Assembly (NCBI GenBank): GCA_023379025.1
Contig: JAMCTH010000009.1
Span: 133,092 to 197,091 of the forward strand
Length of the DNA stretch: 64,000 bases
Reading direction: 5' to 3'
From: Patescibacteria group bacterium
Lineage (GTDB): Bacteria > Patescibacteriota > Microgenomatia > UBA10105 > UBA927
Positions 47,486 to 57,788 of this stretch are shown here, one piece after another. The first letter of the stretch is position 1. Every line of letters begins with the position of its first letter. The notes below the pieces were generated by a model, which saw nothing but the letters and a program-made list of their open reading frames with translations, was not told the origin of the DNA and searched no databases. The position numbers and the translations under genes were made by a program.

Positions 47486-49008
47486 TTCCTATTGGCCAGC
47501 CTATTCGGATGGTCTGATATTGAGGCGTAGAGACCGAACATACACATAAGTAAGGTAAATTGGGAGCCGCGCAGGAAGGCTGGAATAGAAAACCCAAAGA
47601 GAAGATAAACGCAAATTCCCAGGAACAGGGCTTTACTGATGGGTTGGGTAGCCTTCGGGTGATGCCGGAGCACGGCATATACGAATATGAGGAAAATGCA
47701 CAAACCCGGAAGCCCCATCTCTGCCGCAATGAGAAGATAGAGGTTGTGGACTTCCGCCAGAAATCCGCGGCTGACTCCGGTTATATTGAACGCCGTCATT
47801 TCGGGAACAAAATTATTTATCCCAACGCCGAAAATCGGATGAAACTGAATGAGCGCCAGAGCTTCCTTTGACAGATTGACGCGTGACGTGATGGTGGTGT
47901 TTGTTTGTCCGGATATCAGAAGATCCTCGATTCTGGGGACGGCAATGTTCGGAAATACATAAAGTAGCATGAACAACGCGCTCAAGAGTAACGCAATTTT
48001 TACGCGAAGAGATTTCATGGTTTTCTGCAGCGATTCTTTTATCAATGCCCACTCCGTACGCGCCACGAATAGCATGAGGAGCGCGGTTATAGCATAAGCG
48101 GTGCGGCTTGATGAAAGAAAAATCGCCCCGACGGCCACGAGTAGTATCCACAGCAGGAGCAGGCGGACCGTTTTGTTTTTTTCCGTGATAAATAGATACA
48201 GGGGCACCGGGAGAAGCATAAGAATATAGAGCGCAAACACGTTTGGGTCGACAAGTGTTCCGCTTGGGCGGAAAATGGTTGTTCCCTGTGTGGCAACCGT
48301 ATTGGACATTTCGCTGGATTTAAAACTTGCCAGGTCAAAAAAACGTCCCGTAGGCCCTCCTTTTACAAACTGATATCCAGCCCATGCGCTCTGAAATACC
48401 AGTATGCCGATGAAGCCTATGATGCACCCCCTGAGCCGCACTTGTGTGCCAGTCATGATTCTTGACGCGATGAAATATACAGCAATCCCTTTTGTAAGAC
48501 TGAACAAGCCCACGATCGGGCCTGCTGGCTCGACTGCAACAAGCGCCGATATAGACGCCCAAAGCAGTAGCGCGATAAGGAGATAGTCTGTTTGAAAAGG
48601 TTTAAACGTGCCTCTTTTGCGCACCAGGAATATCATAGCGCAGAACAGTACAAAAAATAGGATGTCCGCATAATTTACGAGAAACCATACAGAGTACTGT
48701 TCTGGCGGGGCGCCAGGGGCAATATATTGTGATAATAGTATTTGTCTGCCCCACCCTACATCAAACTGAGAAAGAAGAATTGCGGTTATACACAGCGGAG
48801 TCAGAAGCTCTTTATACAGAGCTGTAAGAATTACAAAAATACAAAAAAATATATACAAAAATTGTATAGTTCCGGAGTATTGACCAAGCGTGTGTGCAAC
48901 AAAAACAGCAGACCCGGCTGCGGCAACCGCAAAAAGCGGCGGCAATCGGGTCAGAAACACGTCGATTACGTTATACAGAACCGAACCGGATAGTAAATCG
49001 TTTTTCAT
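47482..49008 (-). CDS. O-antigen ligase / oligosaccharide-repeat polymerase-like polytopic membrane protein
   Basis: ~11 predicted TM helices, loop with FLSSSRTAYAITALLMLF typical of Wzy_C family. Confidence 0.5.
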   Translation of the reverse strand: MKNDLLSGSVLYNVIDVFLTRLPPLFAVAAAGSAVFVAHTLGQYSGTIQFLYIFFCIFVILTALYKELLTPLCITAILLSQFDVGWGRQILLSQYIAPGAPPEQYSVWFLVNYADILFFVLFCAMIFLVRKRGTFKPFQTDYLLIALLLWASISALVAVEPAGPIVGLFSLTKGIAVYFIASRIMTGTQVRLRGCIIGFIGILVFQSAWAGYQFVKGGPTGRFFDLASFKSSEMSNTVATQGTTIFRPSGTLVDPNVFALYILMLLPVPLYLFITEKNKTVRLLLLWILLVAVGAIFLSSSRTAYAITALLMLFVARTEWALIKESLQKTMKSLRVKIALLLSALFMLLYVFPNIAVPRIEDLLISGQTNTTITSRVNLSKEALALIQFHPIFGVGINNFVPEMTAFNITGVSRGFLAEVHNLYLLIAAEMGLPGLCIFLIFVYAVLRHHPKATQPISKALFLGICVYLLFGFSIPAFLRGSQFTLLMCMFGLYASISDHPNRLANRK

Positions 49009-50235
49009 TCAGGTAATGAGGATCCGTTTTAGTCTCTGAACATTGGCGGGCAGGCTGAAATATTTACGAAGATATTTTTGGCTTTTTCCCCCCATAGCCA
49101 AGCGCTGAGCACTTGGCATTGTATAAAGGGTTTCCAAAGCATAAATAATCGCATCGGATTGTTTTTCTTCTATCAAGATACCATTGTCACTGTGGACTGC
49201 TTCAGGAATAGAGGCGATCGAAGTTGAAACGACCGGCAGCCCCGCGGCCATCGCTTCAAGTATGGAAACAGGAAGTCCATCCTGGTTGTGATTTTCATCG
49301 GTGATACAGGGGAGGATGAATGTATCGCTTCCGCGCAGTTTACGATCAAACAGTGTTCCGTGGGGTAGGGCTCCATTGAGATGAATGGATGCGGATAGGC
49401 GGTGTCGCCTTATCTGCCGGACAATATTTTTTCTTTCGGGCCCGTCACCGATAATTTCCAACGATGTGTCCGGGTGAGCGGAATGGAACTGGCGAAACGC
49501 TTCGATGAGGTACGTAATTCCCTTGTGTTTGACCAGTCGTGCGACGGTTATTATTTTGAATCCTCCATGTCTCGCGCCCCTTTTTGGGGGCGGACGATGG
49601 ATGTGCGTTCGTGCGTTACTGTTTGAAAGCCCGGAACGAACGACATGCATTTTGTGTTGATGGTTGTTTTTACATATACCGGCGAGATCTTTCCGGACTG
49701 CCTCTCCAATGGCAATAACCGAAGCGGCGCGGGCAACCCTCTCTTTGATCCAATATTTTTTTTCATTTTCCAGATGACTGTGAACGGTGAAGCTGTATGG
49801 GACTCCCGTAAGTAGGCTGGTAATCATGGCAACGAGTGAGGGTTCGGGAAAGTGTGCGTGTAGCCTGTTAATATGGTGCGCCCGGACCTGTCCCGCGAGC
49901 CAAAGCGACAGGAAATAATGATTATAGTACAGGTGGCGGGCCCGCAAAATGGTTAAAAGATTCCATAGTGGCGCTTTTATGAGCAGTTGCACGCGGTCGC
50001 GGTTGGATTTGATGATATAGCTTGGGGCAAATATCACTTCTGGCAGAAGGGCGAGTGCCTGTTTTTGACTCGCCGCCTCTACTTTTTTCTGAAGGGCAAA
50101 GATTTGTATCGAGACACCCTGTCGTCTCAATTCGAGAATTTCGTTTGTGATGAAAGTTTCCGATATGCTGGGAAATTCTCCGAGGATATATGCGACACGG
50201 ATATTTTTGGGAGATGAGGCTTTGCGGAATAGCAT
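49009..50235 (-). CDS. glycosyltransferase family 4 (group 1)
   Basis: IIGDGPERKNI...FILPCITDENHNQDGLPVSILEAMAAGLPVVSTSIASIPE. Confidence 0.75.
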   Translation of the reverse strand: MLFRKASSPKNIRVAYILGEFPSISETFITNEILELRRQGVSIQIFALQKKVEAASQKQALALLPEVIFAPSYIIKSNRDRVQLLIKAPLWNLLTILRARHLYYNHYFLSLWLAGQVRAHHINRLHAHFPEPSLVAMITSLLTGVPYSFTVHSHLENEKKYWIKERVARAASVIAIGEAVRKDLAGICKNNHQHKMHVVRSGLSNSNARTHIHRPPPKRGARHGGFKIITVARLVKHKGITYLIEAFRQFHSAHPDTSLEIIGDGPERKNIVRQIRRHRLSASIHLNGALPHGTLFDRKLRGSDTFILPCITDENHNQDGLPVSILEAMAAGLPVVSTSIASIPEAVHSDNGILIEEKQSDAIIYALETLYTMPSAQRLAMGGKSQKYLRKYFSLPANVQRLKRILIT

Positions 50236-50312
50236 GGTAGTGTCTTTTCGTGTATCGGGGCAATTTCTGGTATTATAGTATATTGATTTTGGCTTTTCGA
50301 TGAGGGGCTAGC

Positions 50313-51059
50313 ATGCATACATTCCGCTTATTGGATTTAAACATTTTTTCGGGTTCATTAGAACAGGCGCTCCGTATTATAGACAACCGGGTGCGGAAGA
50401 AACGGCAAACAACGATATTTACCCCAAACTTGCACCACCTTGCTCTTATGTCCAGGGACGCTGAATATAAAAATATCTATCGCACAGCGGATACTTTATT
50501 TATAGACGGAATGTCGGTTGCCTGGTTATTGCACTATAAATACCGCATCCATCCCGAGCGAATAAACGGAACGAATCTCGTGGCATCCCTTCTTCCTCTG
50601 TGTGTCCGTAAAGAATTTAAGATATTCTTTTTGGGTTCAAGCGTAAACGTGCAGCAGAAGTTGAAACTGATGCTTACACGCACATATCCGGCGTTACATT
50701 TTGACTTGTATGCCCCACCAGTGCGGCACGATTTTACAGAGAAGGATAAACGCATCATTTTTCAGCGGATACGCTTTTTCCGGCCGGATATACTCCTTGT
50801 AGGTTTTGGCGCACCAAAGCAGGAACGTTTCCTTTATCAGGCGAAGAGAATTCTCAAAGTGCCTGTCAGAATCGCCGTCGGCGGCGCCTTCGATTATCTG
50901 GCCGGGGTGCGGCCGCGTGCACCGAGCTGGATGCAGCAACATGGTCTCGAGTGGTTCTACCGCATCGTGCATGAACCGAGACGCTTGATTCCCAGATATC
51001 TGAAATACGACGCTGGATTCATTTTTTCCCTCGCGCTGGGAGATCTGAGACTACTGTAA
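50313..51059 (+). CDS. WecG/TagA/CpsF-family glycosyltransferase (GT26; N-acetylmannosaminyl-type transferase)
   Basis: TIFTPNLHHL, LFIDGMSVAW, FFLGSS, PDILLVGFGAPKQERF, VPVRIAVGGAFDYLAG, WFYRIVHEPRRL. Confidence 0.8.
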   Translation: MHTFRLLDLNIFSGSLEQALRIIDNRVRKKRQTTIFTPNLHHLALMSRDAEYKNIYRTADTLFIDGMSVAWLLHYKYRIHPERINGTNLVASLLPLCVRKEFKIFFLGSSVNVQQKLKLMLTRTYPALHFDLYAPPVRHDFTEKDKRIIFQRIRFFRPDILLVGFGAPKQERFLYQAKRILKVPVRIAVGGAFDYLAGVRPRAPSWMQQHGLEWFYRIVHEPRRLIPRYLKYDAGFIFSLALGDLRLL

Positions 51060-51075
51060 TTTACCGTCACGGCAT

Positions 51076-51744
51076 ATGTTTTACAGACATACGAAGGAGA
51101 TATTTTCAAGAAGGGCAGCAAAAGACCTGATTGATTATTATGGGGGTAACGGCGGCCATAATCTTAATACATCCCGGGGAGAGCTTGGATATGCGCTGTT
51201 CCATTACGCGATGATTAGTAATATTCGGCCGGAGAGGGTGCTTTGTGTCGGATCGATGAAAGGATTTATTCCGGCAATCTGTGCTATGGCGTGTAAGGAT
51301 GCCGGCAGCGGCAACGTCGATTTTGTGGATGCTGGGTATGATGAAGCCAACGCAAATAATTGGGGTGGGATAGGCTACTGGAAATCGGTTGATCCCGACA
51401 AACACTTTTCGTATGCCGGTCTTTCGGCGTGGGTAACCACTCACGTTATGACTACGGAACAATTTGCGAACACAACGCGCCAGCGATGGCAATATATCTA
51501 TATTGACGGCGACCATTCGTACTTGGGTGTGAAAAAGGACTATCAACTGTTTTGGCCGCGATTGGATAAAGGGTGTTTTATGAGTTTTCATGACGTGTTA
51601 TTGCGCAGACACACGGATGTTCGCTACCGTGGATTCGGAGTTTGGAAGTTTTGGAACGAAATTCCAGAAAAAGGGAAAATCACCATCCCGTTTACTTATT
51701 CCAAAACACTTCCTTCAGGACTCGGCATTCTTCAGAAAGCATAG
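51076..51744 (+). CDS. class I SAM-dependent methyltransferase-like protein (Methyltransf_24/TylF-like)
   Basis: IYIDGDHSYLGVKKDYQLFWPRLDKGCFMSFHDV pattern of the family; 222 aa. Confidence 0.45.
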   Translation: MFYRHTKEIFSRRAAKDLIDYYGGNGGHNLNTSRGELGYALFHYAMISNIRPERVLCVGSMKGFIPAICAMACKDAGSGNVDFVDAGYDEANANNWGGIGYWKSVDPDKHFSYAGLSAWVTTHVMTTEQFANTTRQRWQYIYIDGDHSYLGVKKDYQLFWPRLDKGCFMSFHDVLLRRHTDVRYRGFGVWKFWNEIPEKGKITIPFTYSKTLPSGLGILQKA

Positions 51745-51779
51745 GGAGAATTACCTACATCTGTTCAGAATTCGACAAT

Positions 51780-53048
51780 ATGACATTTCTATTACGCGAC
51801 ACACACAGCGCTTATTGTAAGAATACTCATTTCCCTGCAGAACCAAGCCGGCTGGCAACGGTGCTTCGGTTATTAAAATTCAAACTGACGTCTTTGGGAG
51901 CGGGGAAAAACTCGTTATTCGGCCCATTCAGTATGCCAGTAAATTCGATAGGGCTATTTGGGTGGAGCCTGTTTTCATCGCTTAATCCGCATGGGTACGG
52001 GGAGCTTCTCAAAAAATTTCCATCCGTCAGCAACGACTTCCAATCTTTTGAAGCAGACATAATAGCACACATGATTGACTTGTACGGAGGTAATCAGAAG
52101 GATTTTACGGGCATGATTTCTACCGGCGCAAGCGAAGGAAATATATATTCTGTTTGGCTGGCAAAAACCCGGTTTCTGAAACAGAAGATACATAGAATGG
52201 CGCTTCTTATTACTTCCCTGTCTCATGAATCAACGCGTAAGGCTGCACAGATGATGGAAATACCGGTATATGTCGTCGGGTTGGATAAAAATCTGGGCAT
52301 GTCTCTTTCGTCAATGGAACAGACAATACGCACATGTTATCAATCTGGATATCGTGGTTTTATACTTTGTACCACTGTCGGATATAAAAAAACTGGCACC
52401 GCAGATAAGTACGAGGACATGCTTGCTATTTTGGAGAAACTGAAGTACGGACAATGTCCCACCATGCAGCATTTTGTTTGGATTGACGCGGCTCTCGACG
52501 GTTTTATTGCTCCATTTGTCGGGAGAAAATTTTTACCCCTCCGGCATGTGGGCGTGGATACTCTTGTGGTTGATTTTCATAAGCTTGGTCTTACTCCGTA
52601 CGCCGCAGGCCTTATTGTTCTCAGAAGGACCGTAACGGAACATATAAAAAACTGGGAGACGGCAAGTCTTCTTGATTCGAGATCAACGCTTCCTTCGGTC
52701 TCCGGTTGGGCAGCTATCCACAGTCTCGGAAAAAAAGGGTTTCAGACAATGTACGAAAAAAGTAACAGATTGCGTTCGGAGTTTCTGTCGTCGCTGTCTG
52801 GGCGATTATCAATGCTTCCCACATACATATCTCAGTATGACGTCTCCCTTTTTCTGGAGTGTAACAGGCATCAATGGCAGCAATTCAAGCAGCTTGAAGA
52901 GAGATTCTTTCTCCGGTGTCACCATGAGGATATCTCTACCGAACGCGGGCGCAAAAAATTATATGGGGTAAAAATATATTTTTTCCCCTGGCAATCTTCG
53001 GATGAAACGAAACGTTTACTGGACGCATGTAGCGATTTGGATATATGA
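51780..53048 (+). CDS. PLP-dependent group II decarboxylase-like enzyme (start set at MTFLLRD to avoid overlap)
   Basis: LVVDFHKLGLTPYAAG (pyridoxal-Lys HK motif), GASEGNIYSVWLAK. Confidence 0.5.
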   Translation: MTFLLRDTHSAYCKNTHFPAEPSRLATVLRLLKFKLTSLGAGKNSLFGPFSMPVNSIGLFGWSLFSSLNPHGYGELLKKFPSVSNDFQSFEADIIAHMIDLYGGNQKDFTGMISTGASEGNIYSVWLAKTRFLKQKIHRMALLITSLSHESTRKAAQMMEIPVYVVGLDKNLGMSLSSMEQTIRTCYQSGYRGFILCTTVGYKKTGTADKYEDMLAILEKLKYGQCPTMQHFVWIDAALDGFIAPFVGRKFLPLRHVGVDTLVVDFHKLGLTPYAAGLIVLRRTVTEHIKNWETASLLDSRSTLPSVSGWAAIHSLGKKGFQTMYEKSNRLRSEFLSSLSGRLSMLPTYISQYDVSLFLECNRHQWQQFKQLEERFFLRCHHEDISTERGRKKLYGVKIYFFPWQSSDETKRLLDACSDLDI

Positions 53049-54361
53049 GAAAAAAACGGATATTATTTGTAGGTTGGGGAACGTGGGTATCTGACTACCC
53101 TTTTGTGGTAGCCACACGTAAGGGATTAGAAATTTATGTAGCAACCGGCCCTGAATATCCTTCGTGGATGAAACGGTACGTTAAAAAAGAAAATATTATA
53201 GTTACCAACCCGTATGACACGGACAGAATTCTCATTGACGTTATTAGTTTTTGCCATAAAAAAAACATTCATCTTGATGCGGTAGCCTCCCATTTTGAGT
53301 TAAACGTGACTCACGCTTCGCTTCTCGCATCAGCATTGTCATTGCCTGGTATTCCACCTGCAGCGGCGAGGCGAAGTTCAGCAAATAAGTTTCTCATGCG
53401 CTATACGTGTCAGAGCTGTGGGATACAGATGCCGCGGTTTGCCATGTTTCAGACGGATGACCAAGCGTTTGCCACACTTCGAAACGTTGGCGTTCCCGCT
53501 GTTATTAAACCGGTTATGTTCGGTCATAGTTATGGTGTCGTAAAAATAGAAGAACAAGATTCACGCCGCACGATACTTGCAAAACTCCGGCGGGCAAGAA
53601 AACAATTGGACCCACGGTATCATCCGTTGATGCGCGATTATCACAGGTTTAACGGATATTTTTTAGCGGAAGAATATATTGATGGTCCAACGGTGAGCGT
53701 AGATGGCCTTATACAGAACGGTCGAATTATGATATGTGGTCTTGCCGAATTTGTGACGTCCGACAGAACATTTACTCAGGAGTCAGCGTACTTTCCTGGA
53801 CGGGTATCGAGAGGTGCCCGTGACCGCTGCTTTGAGTATACCAAACGCATCATTCGCGTTCTGGGGTTTGATCATTGCGGATTCCATTGTGAAATGAAAC
53901 TCACCAAAAGAGGGCCCGTACTTCTGGAAGTAGCTGCCCGTCTGCCCGGAGGGAAGATGACAGTCGGGTATCAGACGGCCTACGGCGTTGACATGATGGA
54001 TTTGTATATAGACATCTGTTTGGGGAAATACGTTGATTATTCGTTCCGTGAACATCGGAAAGTCGCATATCACAACTCGATTTTTACCTCGAATTGGGGA
54101 ATTGTGACTGGAATGAAGGGATTGGATACATTGGCCAGAAACAAATATTTTACCCTGTTTTGGAAGGCAAATCCCGGTGACCTGATGCTGCCGGAAGACG
54201 GAATTCCCGAGTCCGTCCTCTACTACCAGCTACACGCGCCGACCTACGACACGCTTAAGGAACACCAGCAAGCGTTCAATGCAACATATCAATTCGCTAT
54301 ACAAAAGACGCCGGGGGCTTTGATAAAACGGTTGCATTATCTGTTTCGGCATCGGGTTTGA
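53045..54361 (+). CDS. ATP-grasp domain protein
   Basis: VPAVIKPVMFGHSYGVVKIE (ATP-binding lysine region), FLAEEYIDGPTVSVDG, 438 aa. Confidence 0.65.
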   Translation: MRKKRILFVGWGTWVSDYPFVVATRKGLEIYVATGPEYPSWMKRYVKKENIIVTNPYDTDRILIDVISFCHKKNIHLDAVASHFELNVTHASLLASALSLPGIPPAAARRSSANKFLMRYTCQSCGIQMPRFAMFQTDDQAFATLRNVGVPAVIKPVMFGHSYGVVKIEEQDSRRTILAKLRRARKQLDPRYHPLMRDYHRFNGYFLAEEYIDGPTVSVDGLIQNGRIMICGLAEFVTSDRTFTQESAYFPGRVSRGARDRCFEYTKRIIRVLGFDHCGFHCEMKLTKRGPVLLEVAARLPGGKMTVGYQTAYGVDMMDLYIDICLGKYVDYSFREHRKVAYHNSIFTSNWGIVTGMKGLDTLARNKYFTLFWKANPGDLMLPEDGIPESVLYYQLHAPTYDTLKEHQQAFNATYQFAIQKTPGALIKRLHYLFRHRV

Positions 54362-54362
54362 T

Positions 54363-55193
54363 ATGAGGAATCCCTTCCGCGCTATTACCGAGAAATTTCC
54401 AGCCCGGCAGAACAGGAAAACAACATTGTTTAAAGGAAAATCCGCATACCGCGTCCTGGTGATTGAAGAAGACGCCGGTGCCAAGACTCGGATCATGTAT
54501 GCGGGAAATCGCCGTTTTGTCGCCGGTATTCGCACAGATTCCGGGTTCCCGTTATATTCACCGTATTTTTTGGCGGATATTTTTGTTCCTCACCCGGCAT
54601 CGCTTCTGTTTCTCGGGGGGGGGCCAAATGCCGTACCAACATATATCTGGAACACCCGACATCCGAAAAGGACAACCGTCATTGATCGTGATGCGTTGAC
54701 CATTTCGTTATCAAGAAAATATTTTAGTGCGCCAAAAAATCCTCACTACCGAATGTTGTCCCGGGACGCAGCGGACTACCTCCGAAGCTACAGAGAGACG
54801 TTCGATATTATCTACCTGGATCTCGGGTTGACCAGAAAACGTGTGGATTCGGGAGATCTGACTTGGTTTGCCACCCGCACCGCGTTGTTGCAAGTCCGCA
54901 AACATTTAGAGGCGGAAGGTGTTTTACTTTCGAATATAATCGCACGCATGAACGGTGAAGAAGGGCGATTTTTGCGTACCTATCTTCGGCTCCACCAGAG
55001 TGTTTTTCCTGGCTGTTATTTGTTTTCAGAACACAAAGACAAGCCGCAGAAGCTCCAGCTTCATACCATTGTCGCGCTGAACCGCAATAGAAATATTCAA
55101 TCGTGGTATAACAGATTGCTTCAAGATCCGGGTCGGCCGTTGCCCGTCAGCGTATATCATGATTTATTTCGGCGTCTTCATGGTGTTGGATAA
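54363..55193 (+). CDS. spermidine-synthase-like / class I methyltransferase-fold protein
   Basis: LLFLGGGPNAVPTYIWN...VIDRDALTISLSRKYF...FDIIYLDLG resembles PF01564 core. Confidence 0.4.
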   Translation: MRNPFRAITEKFPARQNRKTTLFKGKSAYRVLVIEEDAGAKTRIMYAGNRRFVAGIRTDSGFPLYSPYFLADIFVPHPASLLFLGGGPNAVPTYIWNTRHPKRTTVIDRDALTISLSRKYFSAPKNPHYRMLSRDAADYLRSYRETFDIIYLDLGLTRKRVDSGDLTWFATRTALLQVRKHLEAEGVLLSNIIARMNGEEGRFLRTYLRLHQSVFPGCYLFSEHKDKPQKLQLHTIVALNRNRNIQSWYNRLLQDPGRPLPVSVYHDLFRRLHGVG

Positions 55194-55198
55194 GCAGA

Positions 55199-56050
55199 TT
55201 ATTCTACATCGATAACCGTCGCATACTGGAGATTGACGTTTGGCAATGCGATAAAAAGATCGTTCCCGATGATGATCCTCTGATCATCGCGAAATATCAA
55301 TCCGCCGTCTTTTTCTTTAATAAGCTGCATTTTCATTTTTAGGGTGATATCCATTTTCAGCGGGTCCTGATTCGCGATGGAAAGCGTACCGCCGCTTTGT
55401 GAATCAATTTTGACCGTTGTTTTTTCTGCGGGTCGTACGTCTTTTGCCACGACTTCCGCTATGGGAACGCCGTTCACTTTGAATGCATCGCCCACGTGTA
55501 TGGCGTCCGCAAACCAAGGGTATCTGTCATACAATTTGAGCGTGACGATTTTTGTTACTTTTTCTCTCATGTCCGGCAAACCTTCTACATCAATAAGAAG
55601 CCCCTGAACTGTGGTATGAGAAAGATTCAGGGTAAGTGTGCCGCCGACGGCTAAAGGTTTGCCGTTATAAAGATATTGATGACTTTTTGAATCATACGAG
55701 GAGAGAAATCTGATTTTCAGATACGTGATAACACGGTCATAGCCTGTGTCATAAGATTTGGTTTCAAGTACTTCTGCGGTCGTTGCTCCACTCCAGTCGA
55801 CCTCACGATCCCCTTTCTGAATCGATTGTGCAAGCCATCTGGGAGGAGGATAGTTGTCATACCACCACTGTTCGGGTGAAACTTTTATCTCCGCGGTAAC
55901 CCACGTTTTTTGCCGAAACAGCTGCTTAGCAATGACAACAAGGAAGAGCAATATTGTGATAATTACAAGTGCATCAAAGATATGGATCTTGCCGAATAAC
56001 TTTCCTTTTCGATCGATAACCGATCTGAAGAACGGAGGTAATGACGTCAT
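55199..56050 (-). CDS. N-terminally anchored hypothetical protein, last gene of ABC-exporter operon
   Basis: TM helix IFDALVIITILLFLVVIA; start codon abuts stop of ABC ATPase gene. Confidence 0.4.
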   Translation of the reverse strand: MTSLPPFFRSVIDRKGKLFGKIHIFDALVIITILLFLVVIAKQLFRQKTWVTAEIKVSPEQWWYDNYPPPRWLAQSIQKGDREVDWSGATTAEVLETKSYDTGYDRVITYLKIRFLSSYDSKSHQYLYNGKPLAVGGTLTLNLSHTTVQGLLIDVEGLPDMREKVTKIVTLKLYDRYPWFADAIHVGDAFKVNGVPIAEVVAKDVRPAEKTTVKIDSQSGGTLSIANQDPLKMDITLKMKMQLIKEKDGGLIFRDDQRIIIGNDLFIALPNVNLQYATVIDVE

Positions 56051-56051
56051 A

Positions 56052-56771
56052 TTACAATTCTCCTTTTAGGTATTTTACCACTAAGTCCCTTGGACCGTCT
56101 CGGACTATTTTGCCGTCAACCAAAACCACTATCCTCGAACAGGTTTTTTGAATGAATTCAAGCCAGTGCGTTACCATCACAATAGTTTTGCCGCGTTTGA
56201 AGTATTCATTTATTTTCTCTTTATATTGCAGTTGAAAATTTTTGTCTCCCAAACCGAGGCCTTCATCCAACAATAGAATATCCGGTTCGGCATGGATGGC
56301 GACGGAAAACCCTAACCGCAGCTTCATGCCCTCGGAATAGGTGTACAACGGGGTATCAATAAATTGTTTTATGCCGGCGAACGCGATAATTGCGTCTATT
56401 TTTTTTAGGATCTCTCTCCTGGACATTCCCAGCAGCATGCCGTTGAGCATGATATTTTCTTCTCCGCTCAGATCAGGATGGAATCCCGCCTCAAGATCGA
56501 TAAGAGAAACAGGATTTCCATAACGCAGCACCGTTCCGCTTGTTGGTGTTGTAATGCCGGCGATTATCTTCAGCAGTGTTGTTTTTCCGGAACCATTCGG
56601 ACCGATAATGCCAAGGCGGTCCCCTCTGTGTATGAGCAGATTGACGTCCTGCAACGCAAAAAAAGATTCATTTCGGGCAGACATAAATTGTTCTGCCAAA
56701 GTCGGCTTTTCGTGATGGATGATATATTGTTTCGTTACGTGTGCAACTCGGATAACTGTTTTAGTGTCCAT
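56052..56771 (-). CDS. ABC transporter ATP-binding protein (Wzt/TagH/KpsT-type polysaccharide exporter)
   Basis: Walker A GIIGPNGSGKTTLLK, signature/Walker B LLLDEGLGLGD. Confidence 0.8.
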   Translation of the reverse strand: MDTKTVIRVAHVTKQYIIHHEKPTLAEQFMSARNESFFALQDVNLLIHRGDRLGIIGPNGSGKTTLLKIIAGITTPTSGTVLRYGNPVSLIDLEAGFHPDLSGEENIMLNGMLLGMSRREILKKIDAIIAFAGIKQFIDTPLYTYSEGMKLRLGFSVAIHAEPDILLLDEGLGLGDKNFQLQYKEKINEYFKRGKTIVMVTHWLEFIQKTCSRIVVLVDGKIVRDGPRDLVVKYLKGEL

Positions 56772-56780
56772 AGGATGCCG

Positions 56781-57602
56781 TTACAGCCAGTCATCGAAAT
56801 TTTTACTTTCTTTCCGAAAGATCATAGCCCCTGCCACCGTCACTACCGCTATGACCAGGAAGTTTGCAGACAGCATAAATAAACCGGGAGCCGGTTCACC
56901 CAGGAACGTAAGCTGGAAGAGCTGAAGCGTTGACGTCAGCGGATTGAAACGCCAGATCCAAAGTAGTGAACGCGGAATCATCGACAGGGAATAGATGATC
57001 GGAGTCGCGTAGAACCACACGTTCAAGAACGCCTGTACGAAAAAATTGACATCCCGGTACCGGACGTTCAATGCGGCAGTAAGAAGGCTCAGCCCTGTTG
57101 AAAAGACTATGAGTTGGTATAAGCCGAGTACTAAGGCTGGGAGTCTGTGCAGGTCGAACGTTCCGATAAACAGGACTGCAACGGTGTAGAGCAGCATGGA
57201 CAAAAAGAAATGGATGAAGTTCGATAAGATAATGGACAGCGGAATGACGGTCCGAGGGAAACGTGACTTTTTTATAAGAACTCGCTCGTTCACGATACTC
57301 GGGGTGGTTTTATTCAGTGACAAAGAGAAAAAATTCCAGACCAGAAGCCCGATAAACAGATGAAAATAGTAATGAGCAACAGGCTCTTTTATAAAAAACG
57401 TGAATACGGTTCCAATAATGAGCATTTGGAGCAGGGGGTTAATGATCATCCATAAAAAACCGAACATCGTATACTTGTAGCGGGCCCGGATTTCTTTTTG
57501 GGTCATGACGAGGAGAAGTTCGAGATAATGATGCGGGTGATTAAGCATGGAGCATATTATAGTATAATATGCCTCGTCAGAGAACATATGCGACCAATAC
57601 AT
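56781..57602 (-). CDS. ABC-2-type transporter permease (Wzm/TagG/KpsM-like)
   Basis: 6 TM helices, 273 aa, position directly upstream of ABC ATPase. Confidence 0.65.
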   Translation of the reverse strand: MYWSHMFSDEAYYTIICSMLNHPHHYLELLLVMTQKEIRARYKYTMFGFLWMIINPLLQMLIIGTVFTFFIKEPVAHYYFHLFIGLLVWNFFSLSLNKTTPSIVNERVLIKKSRFPRTVIPLSIILSNFIHFFLSMLLYTVAVLFIGTFDLHRLPALVLGLYQLIVFSTGLSLLTAALNVRYRDVNFFVQAFLNVWFYATPIIYSLSMIPRSLLWIWRFNPLTSTLQLFQLTFLGEPAPGLFMLSANFLVIAVVTVAGAMIFRKESKNFDDWL

Positions 57603-57788
57603 TCCGTTCAGAAATTAGTCACCCTTGTCATCCGCGCACTATTTCTTAACGGAAGTTATTTCGTAGGTATTGGTGTCACGTCGTCTGTTGCATGGTTTTT
57701 CGGCCATCGTTTTTTGCGCATCAACCCTCAAAATTCAACATGGGAAAAACATACGACGCACGGCGACGAAACAACAATGTACTAACGT